The position numbers and the translations under genes were made by a program. The notes under the pieces are model-generated. The model had not been told where the DNA came from, ran no database searches, and was given only the letters and a program-made list of their open reading frames with translations. This document shows, one piece after another, positions 1-12,460 of a stretch of DNA of 64,000 nucleotides. Within the stretch, counting starts at the first letter, position 1, and every line of letters starts with the position of its first letter. The stretch comes from Dicyema japonicum (Eukaryota; Animalia; Dicyemida), in assembly GCA_011109175.1 (NCBI GenBank), contig RDEW01000084.1:24862-88861 (forward strand), written 5' to 3'.

Positions 1-1330
1 AAGATACCAAAGGTTAAGTTGTGTGTTTATAGAGCGGACAATTTCATCGATGGCCAGAGCGAAGAGTAGTGGACCAAGTGGGTCCCTTGTTGAACTCCGG
101 TCTCCGAACAGATAATCTTGTCCCCGAAAACCAGTGAAGAATTGTTCCGTAAGCGAGGAAGACAAGTGGAATAAGTTCCGGGGCTCGTTTTGCTTGTAGT
201 TTCGAAAATTTGATCCCTCCTCAATGAATTGAAGGCATTGCAGATGTCCAGCTTGACCCCAATGTGTGGGTTTTGTTCGTCATTCTGTCCAAAAAAACCT
301 CGCAGCATGCACTGCCGCCTCGCATCCGTTCCTTACACCAACCCCAGTTGGAGGGGGGAAAATTCTTCAGATATTCTCGGACAGACAATGCTGCATGCAT
401 TTTCGCTGTCAGTCTTCTGAAATAGTTGCCGACTGCGATGGGGCGGACCCTTCAGGTTTTTTGAAGGCCAATAGATGTGCACTGAAAAGAAGCTCCCTTG
501 CGTGGGGAGGAATAACTCCGTTCAAAATACGCATAACCAGTTTTGTAATTGATTTAACAAGGTTGCAGCCAGCTTCTGCAGTAGCCTCCGCCGTAAGATC
601 CTTGATGTGACCCGGCCGCGAGCCATCGATGCCTCCACTGCTACTCGCCGCAAAGACGAAATGCCGCGTCGCACTTCGCCTTCGGTGACGGTCATCCTTG
701 ACAAATTTCCCGGAAGCACGAATGGGCGGTAATCTGCCGGAGCATGGATGTTTTGTCTAGGTAATTCAAGCACCTCAGGCGTCGCAACCATGACAGTATC
801 GTCGCTGGCAACGACGCGCAACGCCGCTCGGAATAGTTTACGATTTACTCTCTCCAAGTTTTCCGGGCCATTCAAAAAAAACCGAAGGATTGAAAACAGG
901 ATGATTTCTGACTTCTGTCTGGTGAAGAATGCGCATAGAAAACCTGGATGTTCTTCTTCATTTTTGAGGAAAAAAAGTTCCAAGTGTCGTAGTTTTTCCT
1001 CCTGTGTTCCGTTGATCTCCTTTTGAGTCGATAAAAGGAATTCCAAGGCCATCGGGCAAAACTGAGGAGTTTTAGCCAGGTCTCCTGGTCGTCGGACGTG
1101 AGAGCATCGTCAATTGCAGAGGCCAGGCATGTAGCCGCGGGGATCCGGACGGGTCTTGGGATCCTGATTGGGATCTTCCTAGCTTTTCTTAGATCCGACA
1201 AGAAGAGGAATTGGTTGTCCATATCATTGAAGTCTAGAGGCTCATTCGGTTCGACGTTTTCTTTCTTGGTTAAATTTTCTTTATTCAGTAAATTTGCTAC
1301 TTTCCTGCAACAAAATCAACATGAAATAAA
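1..1330 (-). mobile_element. CRE-clade non-LTR retrotransposon, N-terminal region and RT, frameshifted, running off the window start
   Basis: Across frames: RIPRPVRIPAAATCLA-like N-terminal motif, KLDICNAFNSLRR, GVQQG(DPLGPLLF) and LNLWYL at the window edge; GxQQGDPLGPLLF/WYLDD is the CRE-type RT signature. Confidence 0.85.
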
Positions 1331-1344
1331 ATTATTCCACGGAT

Positions 1345-1600
1345 AAATCCAAACTAATTAATTCCTGACGTGTTCCAGCATAACCCCTACCCAAGAACAG
1401 TGATACAGAGGGCGTTGTCCGATTCCAGAACTTGTCGCCAGGGAATTAAATTGTCTCCCGTGGGAAGAATAGTTGGATACTTTTGAATGCCGGCCAGGCA
1501 TTAGGCATCTCTTGAGTGAGGTGGATCCAATGGCGCTATCAGCGGAAAGTTGAAGAAATTCTCAACCAATTAACCACATGGCGCCACATCGCACGCCTTA
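1345..1600 (-). mobile_element. Short unclassified element ending in a LINE-like 3' tail (copy 1)
   Basis: About 200 nt align with 7140-7290; the 3' end resembles the tail at 28745-28800. Confidence 0.5.
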
Positions 1601-1734
1601 AATATACTTAATTTATGGTATTATTTTTAGTTTAAAAGTAAATACAAAATTAACAATTTCGTAAAATTGATTTATTTTTTATTTATCAATTTTTTGAAAT
1701 TTTATCTAAAATATTCCATGCGGCATTACACAGG

Positions 1735-2260
1735 CTGAAAAACCTATGGCTAAAACGGAAAGGGAATAACATAAAACAAAGGATATTGTTATACGACACC
1801 TTTATCAAACCAATCCTCCTATACAACTCTGGGACCTGAGGCACCTCAAAAGAGGATTAGGAGAGGCTAGACTCGTTTCACAGGAATCATCTAAGAAACA
1901 TAACTGGAATGTCCTCGCCATCCAAGATCTCGCGGAAAGACTGTACAATATGTGACTGCACGCCAATAAGTCTCGAGATCATTAACTCTGGTTGGAGACT
2001 TTTTGGACACGTGCTGAGGTTAGACTTACACCCCCCAGAATATAACCATGGAAGACTCCTCCCATGTAAAACGCTCTCGTGGAGGACCGAGAACAACCCT
2101 CCCTGTCGTTTTACAAAACGATCTGAAAGCCGTAAAGAAAACATTTGCATTCTGGCGACGACCTGGACACACTGAGGGATCTGGCTAGGAACAGAAAAGC
2201 CTGGAATAAGTTAACTCTTAAAGATATAAGTACTCAAATGAAACGGAGAGTACAGAAAAG
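1735..2260 (+). mobile_element. RTE-clade LINE 3' fragment
   Basis: LYDTFIKPILLYNSGT, WRLFGHVLRL and RLDSFHRNHLR across frames; near-identical to 8860-9330. Confidence 0.75.
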
Positions 2261-2399
2261 GCCTCATATTTTTGCTTAGAAACGATAATTTAATTCTGAT
2301 TTTATTTAGACTTTTCTTGAAAGGAAAGACAAAAAAGTTGAAATCTGGGTTGAAGTGGAACTAACTACACTAGTTGGTTAGAGGTGCGAAGGTGGGAGT

Positions 2400-2920
2400 C
2401 GTTAAGCTCCTGTGCGGCATAGATACTGTGGCTATTTTTGTCAAAGGAAGAGTTATTAAACGCGGGAGAATCCCACTTGTTACTAGGATTCAGGAAAGAG
2501 GACGACGCTTCAGCTTTCGAAGCTGAGGTCAATACAAAGGTACCTTTTGGGCCCGGGGCACATAACCTGTCACGGGTGATTCCTAAGGCTTCGGATTCAA
2601 TAGTGCTAGTCTTCGGAGTCCCTCTGGACTTTGTAGATGATAATGTAGTCGAAGACATCAAGAAGGACTCCAAAAGCTGGGGGAGGACTCCGGACCATGA
2701 AAGTCTTGCTTCGCTCTGGAGCAAAGGCAGAGAGGATCTGAATTGGGGAGGGGGGTCCAATTTGCGGAAAGCCTGCCAATCAAAAGTCTGGTCTCTCAAG
2801 TGCTTGAACTGTGGCGAGGAAACACAGGGCGAGTCATTTAAGATGCCCTGTATCAAAAGGCTACGGAGAAGGTACTACAGGGAGAAAACAGGCACCATCA
2901 TCTGGAATGGCTAGTGATGT
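2400..2920 (+). mobile_element. Gag-like ORF1 remnant of a non-LTR element
   Basis: ORF 2438-2914 contains VLVFGVPLD and a Cys cluster (ACQSK..KCLNCGEE) resembling ORF1 zinc knuckles. Confidence 0.45.
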
Positions 2921-3289
2921 AAGCGCTATCCATCGTATGGTAAGTGGATACCCAAACGCGCTTAGGGAAATTGCGTTGTGCTACAGAAAGGAAAATGCGC
3001 CGAAGGTATTTTTCAAATTTATGTCTAGGTTGAATTTTTTGATGGAAGATCGGTCTAATGTCAAGACTTAAAAAATAATTGTTTTTTATTATTTTAAATA
3101 AATTATTTGTTAAATCTAGCAATTGTATCTTGTTACCATGAAAACACGTAAAAAACAGGTTGCCCATACGCATCAAGCCATTCATGTGACATAACAATAA
3201 TAAATATTCCATGTTGTGATACCGCTCATGCAGAAACAACTTAATCTCTTTAATCTACTATAAAATAATGAAGAATCTATTAATTTTTT

Positions 3290-3560
3290 ACAAAAAGGGG
3301 GTTTTCCCGGTAAAAAAATATCGTAATCGTAATTTGTTTAATTACCGATGGGTGGTGATGGAATATCGTAGAAATAGACGAATGTATATATTCCAAACGA
3401 AATAATAATTGTGAACGATTATTCACCCAACAATGGTTTTTTGCGGAAATTAAAGAATGTTTCTTCATGGAAATTCAAGATCACACTTTGAAAACACTTA
3501 CAAAAGCGATAGTCTAGAATGTTACTGTTGGCTTAACACTTGTATCTATTGGCGATAATT
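3290..3560 (+). mobile_element. Merlin/ISXO2-like transposase remnant
   Basis: GG-G-IVEIDE motif followed by a W/VFxG..KECFFMEIQDHTLKTL-like stretch, with stops and frameshifts. Confidence 0.55.
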
Positions 3561-3817
3561 TGACCAACTATTGATCCGAGTACTGGCCCATACACAGCAT
3601 AAAGAAAGTTTCTAACATCATTAAACTTTTGCAGATTGAGAGGTACTGCTAATTGCGAAACTATAAGGAGATGGGAACCACATGACACATTCTAAACAGC
3701 CATTTTTACCCTAACTCAACCTGTAAACCGAATCATGAATTCAGCGCAATATTAATGGGAATACGGAATCTTTGGTCCATTTTCCTTCTAACCATATGGG
3801 AATTTACATACGAGGAC

Positions 3818-4440
3818 TTATCCCGTAAGCAAGCCTTTGAGCAAAATTTCGCGTTTTCTCAAATTTATGAGGATAGAGTCTATCTTTTTCGAATCGTACC
3901 ATCCTTCTAAACTGCATAACATTGCAGGTAGTATCGCAGTGTTGAAGATATAAACAAAAGTCTCCGGCTCGAGCTTTAATTTTCTAACGCAGTAAAGAGC
4001 GTTAGTAGCTTTTTTCTTTCGTATTTTAGCATGTTCCATAAAATTACCTCCCTCGTCAATTAGGAGGCCAAGGTATTTCATAGTTTTTTTCCGAGGTATG
4101 TCTTTTAACAAGCTTTTTAAGTTAGCCATTCTCTTGCTTCCAGTTATCCTCAGCATACCAGACATCTCACGTGGTGCCGAAAGGAAGTTTTCATTGCACC
4201 ACTTTTGAATCTGATCCATGTATGTTTTCAAACGTTTCTCAGATACCAAAGGGTTTAAAGAAACATCATAAATTATGACGTCATCAGCGTATATCAAAAT
4301 TTCTGTACGTGGGTTTTCTGGAGAAGGCAATTCACTCAATTCAATGTTATAAATGACGGGAGGCCAAACAATTTCCAGGTTAGGATTTTCCTTAAGACAG
4401 AGTCGAAGGCCATTTGTAAATTGATCGAGCAAACGACTGT
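3818..4440 (-). mobile_element. APE-type LINE RT C-terminal half
   Basis: ORF contains LIYADD, IQKWCNEN, MKYLGLLID and IFNTAILP. Confidence 0.75.
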
Positions 4441-5025
4441 TTTGAGATGGAGAGGATTGTGATCACTCATTAGTTCTGTGGATCACTCGGATGAATTGAT
4501 CAGAAAAGTAATCCATACAATTTGGTTAAATTGGATTATAAAAGTTCTTATTCCGTATGTGCTTTTTACTATACAGCAATATAATCTGGTTTGTGAAAAA
4601 ACAAGTTATAAAGTTTAATTAATACTATAATTTTCAGAATTTATGTTTTTTAAGAAAAAATTAAGTTCGTTAAGAAAAGGAATGATCCAAGTTGCTAAGA
4701 AAAAAATGAAGAAAATTGTAAAAGAGAATGCTCTTAATTCTCCCTGAATAATCCGAAACTTTTTTCAAAAATGTGTTGTTCCGATAAAAAAAAAGATAAT
4801 TCACAAATCTCGTATGGTGCTTTAATCCCTAAAAAAGTGCCAGAATCGTTAAGAAAGACCCTTGCTTTGATTTAAGAGATGAATCCATGATCCTTTATTC
4901 CACACAAAATTCAAAAATGAGTTTATTGATAGCAAGTTAGTTTGTCTGGAGAAAGGCCTTTATCTGAAACCTTTTCTCTTGATGAATTAAATCTATCAAT
5001 TGGAGGATGTGGCCATTTTGAATTG

Positions 5026-5250
5026 AGCAGGGTGGCATAGTGGTTAGGTGTCGGGCTTAAGTGACTAAGGTTACGGGTTCGATTCTCGCTGCTGTTTACC
5101 TGGTGGAAAGTTCCACGCATCTACGATGCTAAAAGGTTTGACGAGTGACGCATCATCAGTGGATACTCACTGCCGAACTTGATTGTCTAGAAGGGACCCA
5201 CACACAAAAAAAAGAAAAAAAGAAGTCAAGATCATTCCTTGGTTCTAGAT
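5026..5250 (+). mobile_element. tRNA-derived SINE copy, 3' truncated
   Basis: A box TGGCATAGTGG and B box GGTTCGATTCT; body matches 31029-31341. Confidence 0.8.
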
Positions 5251-6419
5251 CATGAAAAAAGCAGTCTTTAATCTAATTACCAAAAAAAATTATGGAAGGT
5301 TAAGGCTGATGGCCCAAAGTTTGACTGTACCCACGTGTGCACAATACTTGGGTTTACCCTCATTCTAGTTGTTTTCTTGACTGTAATTAAGAACTCAGAC
5401 CTTACATCCTCCTATTTGACGAGTTTACCAGATTGGAGTGTTGCAGTTAAGCATTTTAATATCATTAAAAATGTTTATCGATAATATTCGATCATCTGAT
5501 ATCCCTAAACACCCTCTTCCATATTCACGATTAACTTTTCAATACGTTCACCTGGTGGCATTTAACAGAATTTTTTTACTTGTGGTGTCAAGCAGAAATG
5601 CAATTCAAGTAGCACACCAAAGATCCTTTTATATTTGTTAAAAATGATGTCGATCTAGTTTAGCTTCAATGTGACTGTCTTCCTTCCCGATTTTTTTTTA
5701 CGTAAAAAATGGACGTGGACGACCTTCTGCATTCACCATGAGCCGGTTTTCCATAATCCATGATCCGGTGCAGGTTAATTTGTATTGTTTCTTTGATTAT
5801 AAAAAATAAGAATGACTATGTTAATACGGGTCAATCAAGATAGATGCAATAACTAAAGAAAAGACATATCGAATCTCACATCGATTGACCCTTTAGTCAT
5901 ACTTCAAACTTAAAACTGGTTTCATTGCTTTTGATTTTCTCTCTACTTTAATTAGTGAGTTTGATGGTTAATAAATATTGATGGTTCATCAATGGTGTTG
6001 CTATATGTTGAAATGTTAGTTTTTGTTAACAATATATCGCTGTCAGTGGATATCGCATGTCCTCAAATTCATAGTTTAATGTCACGTCATTTCGGTTACA
6101 ATAAAAGTTACATTCTTGATCTCATTTTTTAAATTTATTGAGCCAATTGCGGACATTTACTCCAAGAGAGATGGAAGACCGTGATACCGGCAGAGCGCTT
6201 TCCAAGCCTACTAGTTCCAGAGCCTACGGTAATCTAGCCCCCTTAAAAGAGCGCTTCATGACCTAGTAATTGATGGCATTCCTAGAAAACCAGCAGCTGT
6301 TGTGTCAGGAGGTGAAGCCCTTTGCGGTCAACAACAGATCCACATCGGTAGAGGTGAAACTGACACTATTAAAATAATATTAACTCTCCCCTTCCGCTAA
6401 GAGTAGTAATGTTTCCATT

Positions 6420-6620
6420 ACTCATCTCAGCTTAGGCAGAACTCACACTTTATTTAAAAAATAAAGAACAGCTACCCTAATTAATCCAATCCATTTATCA
6501 AAGACATCGAAGTTGTTTTTTTCTTTTTTTAGCGTTTGTGTCCCTGAGACAATCCGGTTCCACATTAATGAATCACTGATGAAAGAATCAGTCTTCACTC
6601 TCAGAAGCATCGTAAATGTT
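6420..6620 (-). mobile_element. Diverged relative of the SINE family
   Basis: ggattgtctcagggacac..aaaaaaagaaaaaaa and ctgttcttta..taaataaagtgtgagttctgccta resemble the SINE core end and tail. Confidence 0.4.
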
Positions 6621-6629
6621 GACTCCATT

Positions 6630-6860
6630 ATATTGTGCTATCCATAAAAATATAAAAAATACGACAACCACTCCACCAGATTCAATGTTCAGCCCGTTGT
6701 CGTATAGCGAGTCTTAGTGAGCAAGACGGTCTTTTTTCCAAGATCGCTTGGTTCCATAATATCGAAAGTGATTAATGAGCGTCGGGGAACCGAATGTCTG
6801 TTCCAAAGGATTACTCTGGTAGTCTCTCTTCACACAAGATCAGTCATCCAAATGACTCGT
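6630..6860 (+). mobile_element. CRE-clade RLE C-terminal remnant
   Basis: RFNVQPVVV and ERRGTECLFQRITLVV across frames. Confidence 0.4.
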
Positions 6861-7074
6861 CTGGAGAGATGGGTCGATTCCTGAACTAATCGCCAGGAAC
6901 GAAATTTCTCCCATTAGAATAAATAATTGGATCTTTTTGAATTCCAGTTAGGCATTGCCCGTCTCCTGAGTAAGGTAGACCTAATGACGCCATCAGAGGT
7001 ATGGAGGAGAAATTTTAAAACAATTAGCCACATATAAGCAAATGGCGCCACTTGGTTTGCAATAATAAAAATTA

Positions 7075-7310
7075 GATTTAAATTATTCCAAAGACCAAGG
7101 GTAGTTAAACTACTAAATATTTCATCATGACTCGTTTTAGCATTCCAGAACTTGTCTCCAGGGGAAGAATAGTTGGATCCTCTTGATGCTGGCAATGCAT
7201 TTGGCGTCTCCTCAGTGAGGTGGATTAATGACGCCATCGGAAGAAAGGAAAATAATTTATGATCAAATAGCCACATAGCACCACATTTATTTTATTTATT
7301 TTTTTATAAT
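7075..7310 (-). mobile_element. Short unclassified element (copy 2 of 1345-1600)
   Basis: Shares ccaactattcttccc, atccacctcact and gacaagttctggaat with copy 1. Confidence 0.55.
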
Positions 7311-7319
7311 AAAATAACT

Positions 7320-7577
7320 TTTTAACAAAGAAACAAATGTCAGTTGAGGAAACCGGCTGCGTGGATTGCGAACGAGTTTTTTCGGAGTGTGGCCATTCCA
7401 ATCTTTTGTCTCAGCCATAACTCTTCTCGTTGATCCCTATTCTTTCTGGCAAGCATTCCTCAGAGTTCTCGCAAGAACTCAGCCGTCATTGGACCAACAG
7501 CTCCCGATGATTCGGCCGCAACAGGAGTAAATCATAGCGGTTTCCGAGGCAAGAATATTTCTTGATTTTTAGGTTTA
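7320..7577 (-). mobile_element. CRE-clade 3' end fragment (subfamily A)
   Basis: TPVAAES..AVGPMTAEFLRELxGMLAR..RDQREELWLRQKIGMA; matches 24295-24540 and 55710-55967. Confidence 0.8.
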
Positions 7578-7810
7578 TTTATCTAACCCCAAGACCACCA
7601 GGAAAAATAGGTCAAAACTAACTAATTAGGTGATTCCAACCTCCTGAAACATTTGAACTCTCTTCATTTAGTCTTCTGATGATCCAACCGCACTCGGAAG
7701 CGTCTTCTCTTCCTTCTGCAAAGGAATTCAATCGGCGTGCACTTTTTTATTACAGACCGAAATTCCTCTGCATGGGCCACCTTTTCCTTGAATGGGTTTC
7801 CCCGCAGAAG
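7575..7810 (-). mobile_element. Jockey/I-like LINE 3' end
   Basis: Matches 24050-24290 (KEKVAHAEEF and the 3' tail). Confidence 0.7.
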
Positions 7811-8520
7811 GGACAGTCCAACATCCCCGGACCTGTCCCTCTGCTCTCCTTCTATGGCTGGATGTATTTTATGGAATTTTCGTTATGGTTTCTCAAGCGA
7901 CCATATTCGCCATTGTGCTGAGACTTAAAAGGCCTATTTGTTCGCAGTGTTGTTCTACAAAATTCAAAAATTAGTTGAAAGCCGACTGGCAAGGTTTAAG
8001 GACGTATGTGGACAATAGTCTCCTTGACCTTACTATGGTTAATTGCACAGTAGAGGAGGCGGCCAAGATTCTGTTCGCTATCATTCTGAAAGCTGATAAA
8101 CTATTTACATCTGTCGTCTCTTACAAGAAGTTCAATCCAAGATTATCATCACAAATTGCGTCACTCATCAAGAAACGAGATTCGCTGAAGAAGAATAGAA
8201 CAAAGACCAATAACTCCTTCTACTCCATACGTTCACCAATATGGGTACAAGCAATGGGTTCTCACTCATCCCGACAGCAGGACCATCTTCTTTGACGAGG
8301 ACAAGCGGCCCAGAAAATGCAAAGCCGACTTTTCTAATGTCCTCTCTGGGATGAAAAATACTGGAGACCTGTGTGTTCTTCTCCACCACACAATTTCAAA
8401 TATGAGGTCCCCACAGCTGAACTTTATAACGAGCGACAATAGTTCCCTCATTAATTATACTACCGCTATCAGTGACTACTTTATAGTTGCTGGATCCGTT
8501 ATGGAAGAATTCCTATGATT
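7810..8520 (+). mobile_element. Jockey/I-like LINE, APE end and linker
   Basis: SDH-like motif followed by KADWQGLRTYVDN; shares ctactccatacgttcac with 22499. Confidence 0.5.
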
Positions 8521-8859
8521 TTGACAAGTCGGAGATCTCGGAGAATATTTTTTATTTCAGTGGGGTTGACTCGGCCTACGACGCTGTGCGTAACACGCAA
8601 AACGACAGTATTTTAGTATTGAAGACTATCTGAATTTTAAATACGGCTCTTGGGTGTCTGTGACGTCACCTATTTTGGGAAAGTATTGAATAGGTATCAA
8701 CTGCACGTCCCCAGCTGGTATAAGTTAATCTCACTTTAGGGTCAAATGATGAGAATCATTCATGGGGGAAGTGTCCCTGGTTATTGGTTTTACATGGGAG
8801 TTATATATCTGATACCAAAATTTGAATACTCGTAATCGCCTAAGGAATTACGCCCAATA

Positions 8860-9395
8860 TCCTCCCCCCATAACATAAAACAAAGAATAATGTTATACGA
8901 CACCTTTATCTAACCAATCCTCCTATACAACTCTGGGAACTGGGCCACCTAAAAAGAGGAATTCGAGAGGCTAGACTCGTTTCACAGGAATCATCTAAGA
9001 AACATAACTGGAATATCCTGGCCATCCAAGATCTCGCTGAGTGGACTGTACAATAAGTATGACTTTACACCATTAAGTCACGAGATCATTCGTTGGAGAC
9101 TTTTCGGACACGTCCTGAGGTTGGACCCGATATCCCTTCCCCTCCTAATATCTCAATGGAGGATTACTACTCCTCCAATATAAAACGCTTTCGTGGAAGA
9201 CCGAGAACTACCCTCCCGGTCGTTTTACAAAACGATCTGAAAATCGTGAAGAAAACAGGTGACGATCTGGACTCACTGAGGGATTTAGCTAAGAACAGAA
9301 GAGCTTGGAGCAACCTAACTAATTTTCTTATATTTTTTGTTTCACATGCTATAAATATTTTGGCTCTCGTGAAAATGCTAATCATAATAATAACC
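8860..9395 (+). mobile_element. RTE-clade LINE 3' fragment with (TAA)n-like end
   Basis: RFRGRPRTTLPVVLQNDLK..DDLDSLRDLAKNRRAW. Confidence 0.8.
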
Positions 9396-9899
9396 TCCCC
9401 CGTTGTAAAAGCTAATGACGAAGTGTATAAATAGAATCTTAGAGAATATGTTGACGTTTTGGCCTTTTCTCTGAAAACCAAATGGGAACAAAGAGAATGT
9501 GTCAATGGGCGGAGAAACAAAGTGGGACTTCAATGAGGCAATAACTACATTTGCATTGAGCTAAGTGACAAACTAAACAATTCGGTTAGAAATCTATTGC
9601 TTAGAGGCCTATTATAATACTTTTTGAAATTACAGAGAAAACGGCGAATATCAGTTAGTTCTTAAAATAAACAAAGAAATGAAGAACGGTAAAGATATTG
9701 TACAAATACTTGAATTTGAAAGAGATGTTGTACTTTTCCCTAGTGGATTTAGAAAAAAATCAAAAAATGACATTTCTAAATCTATCATCACCATAAAATA
9801 TAGCACCTTCGCTTCAACGGTCATTAAATTTTCGAGGTCTATCAAATTCATTTCAGTTAATATAAAGATTCAAAATTGAATTTAAAAAATATACAAAAA

Positions 9900-11180
9900 C
9901 ATTTTTCTTTGTCGTTGAAAACATTAAATTTGATTCCAAAGCAACTCTTAATACATTACTCATAAGACATTATTTACAAATTTTACAGTTTTGAATCAAA
10001 AATAACATTCGTTGTACCTCAAATCAAAACAACTTACATTCTAACGGATATGAGAAAGTTAATATTTCTCCAATTTATCGAATTCTGATATGAAACTCAA
10101 CAAAATCATTTTGATTAAAACTGTAAATTCACTGTAAAACATAAATTCAGTTAGCAACATATTTTTATTGTTCGAAATAATTATTGTCCTGTTTGATGCA
10201 ATTTCGACGATTCCATTTTATCGTAAATTCAGACTAGAATCATCATTTATGTATTAATTTTATTTTGCTATTGAACTTCCACAAGTCATCACTATTAATG
10301 GTTCTTATAATTCATGGACATTAAAGGAGCTACCAAATTCGACAAAAAATGGAAGACAAGTTTTTGTTCCCTATGACAAAATCATACATGCCCGATTGCA
10401 TATTAAAATTCTCAATTATCGACAGCAACATGAAATTTGATAATTTACGTGTCTTGACGTGCCAATATTATTTTCTAACACCCATCAGCTTCACCTTAAA
10501 ATTTTCCAGTGTTTTTCATTTCCGTTAATATATAAAAATCAAAATAAATGTAAAATATATATGTTGCAGTCAATTTGTGTAATCTGTCAATTCACGAAAT
10601 GCTTAGAAAATAATTCAGTCATTTCGAGAATTGTCTTGACAGTAACATACACGAAAACAATTTTCTTTGTCATTGAAAACATTAATTTTTAATTCCCTCG
10701 AAAGCACCTCTCAATAATTACATTACTCCTAAAACATTATTGACATGTACTACAGTTTTGAATCAAAAATAACATTTGATGTGCATCAAATCAAAACAAC
10801 ACATTCTAACGGATGTGAGAAAGTTAACATTTTTTCCATTTATCGAATATTGAAATGAAGCTCAGCAAAATCATTTTGATTATAAAATATAAATTCTCTG
10901 TTGTTCTACATCCTTATTGTCTTGTTTAATGCAAATACGATTTCGAAGAATCATTTGTTATCCTAAATTCATAGAATCCTCAACTGAAGTATTAATTGTA
11001 TTCCATTATTTCAATTTCCACAAGTAATCACTATTAAGTGTTCTTATGGAATCATAAAGATTATGTGGGATACCAAGTTCGACATAAAATTGGAATGCAT
11101 ATTTTTTTCATTGATACAATCATACATGCCCACTATTACTTTATTAATGTGATTTGATAATTTCATTTCTTCACGTGCCG
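9900..11180. repeat. Diverged tandem duplication, period about 760 nt
   Basis: 9900-10460 aligns with 10660-11180 (shared tacagttttgaatcaaaaataacatt, cattctaacggat.tgagaaagttaa and caaaatcattttgatt). Confidence 0.75.
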
Positions 11181-12049
11181 GGGCTAAACGACTTGGGAGA
11201 TCTTAATTTCATGACTCACCCTCTCAGTCAAATATCTTCTTTATCCACAATGGGTAGCCTTTAAATTTTACTTTTTTTGAATATTAAAGCTGACATTTTA
11301 GCCACCGGTTTTCTTGACATGTTAGCCATCCAGTCAAATCAATTTTCAAGATTTACAGAAATGCCATAAATGTTCAAACTTTGAGTAAAAGTCTATAAAA
11401 CTCATGCTCACTCGAAAAGAAGTGAATTACCTAGAACATCAGTGAGTTCCTGAGCTTTCAAAGGCGATTTTATTTTCGCTGTAACGTCTGCGGCTGGTAA
11501 AAAATGGTGCAACTGCTGTGGCTCGCGACATCCAGTAAGTTCCTTAGCTTTCGAAGATGATTGCTATTTTTGTTGAACACAAAATTTTGGATATAAAGCA
11601 TGTCTACGCGATCAAATCAAATTTGATATCCTTTAAGGAAATCTGTCTCATAACGAGACTAAAGAACCAAATGTATGGACATGGTCGTATTTAGTCTCAG
11701 ATTCAACATTTCGAAACTATGAATGAACACATTCCTTGCATAACTTTAAACCAAAAATCTATTAAATCTCGTACTCATTGATGAAGGATATACTGTTCTG
11801 TTAATGTTTCAATGTCAATCAGCTTCAACATAAAATTTCCTCATAGTACTAATTTTTCGTATTACTACTTCACAGGCGACATTTAATTTGAAATGTAAAT
11901 TTGTATTTTATTTATAATTAAAAATTTAATTATAAATTATTTTGGGTGGTTAGACAATTTTAATAAATATTTATCTTGTTTTGTTTTTTATTGTGATTGC
12001 TCATTACCTAAGAAATACGAATATCAACTTCTTTATAAAATCTTCTAAT

Positions 12050-12460
12050 TTTAGGGAGTTGTGAAGAAGATGTAGAACTCGAGTTATGTATTTACCCTCG
12101 GTACCTTCAAGTGATAGAAACCGGTTCCTAAAGAGAATGTAACTGCCATATACTGACGTTCCTAAAATCCAAAAGGTTGATACCGCGCGGAGAAACCAAA
12201 GGCAGGACAGGACACAAGAAAAGTTATTTGTCCTGTGGTCTTAAAGTGAACAGGAATAGAAAAGTGACGACTTTGTATGCCCAGTCTTATATAAGGTAGT
12301 GTGATACCCACGTGGTGACCGCAGCGGTAGGCGCCATGTTTACCTGAACTTCACGAGGTAAGGAAAATTCAATAGCATATATGCTCGGTAAAGGACGACC
12401 CAGAAACCCTACATCCAACCAGAAGACCCTCGGATTGATTAACTCTAAATTTATTTAGAT
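12050..12460 (-). mobile_element. I/R1-like LINE C-terminal (zinc-knuckle region) remnant
   Basis: FSLPREVQVN followed by a degraded RLRCGH-type motif and LVSCPA; related to 37700-37930. Confidence 0.45.

Noticed and set aside
1460-1545. Canonical HDV-like or twister ribozyme call
   Set aside because: The P1.1 GG and standard L3 are missing and each copy disrupts one helix; kept only as a candidate structured element
5026-5100. tRNA gene (also at the 19.6, 31.0 and 35.7 kb heads)
   Set aside because: A and B boxes are present but there is no complete acceptor stem or poly-T terminator; the heads continue into a shared body and have TSDs, so they are SINEs
9900-11180. Non-standard genetic code (TAA/TAG read as Gln), suggested by a TAA conserved in both duplicate units
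   Set aside because: Rab11, RFK, the ankyrin gene and the long CRE ORF have no in-frame TAA/TAG and use CAA/CAG for Gln
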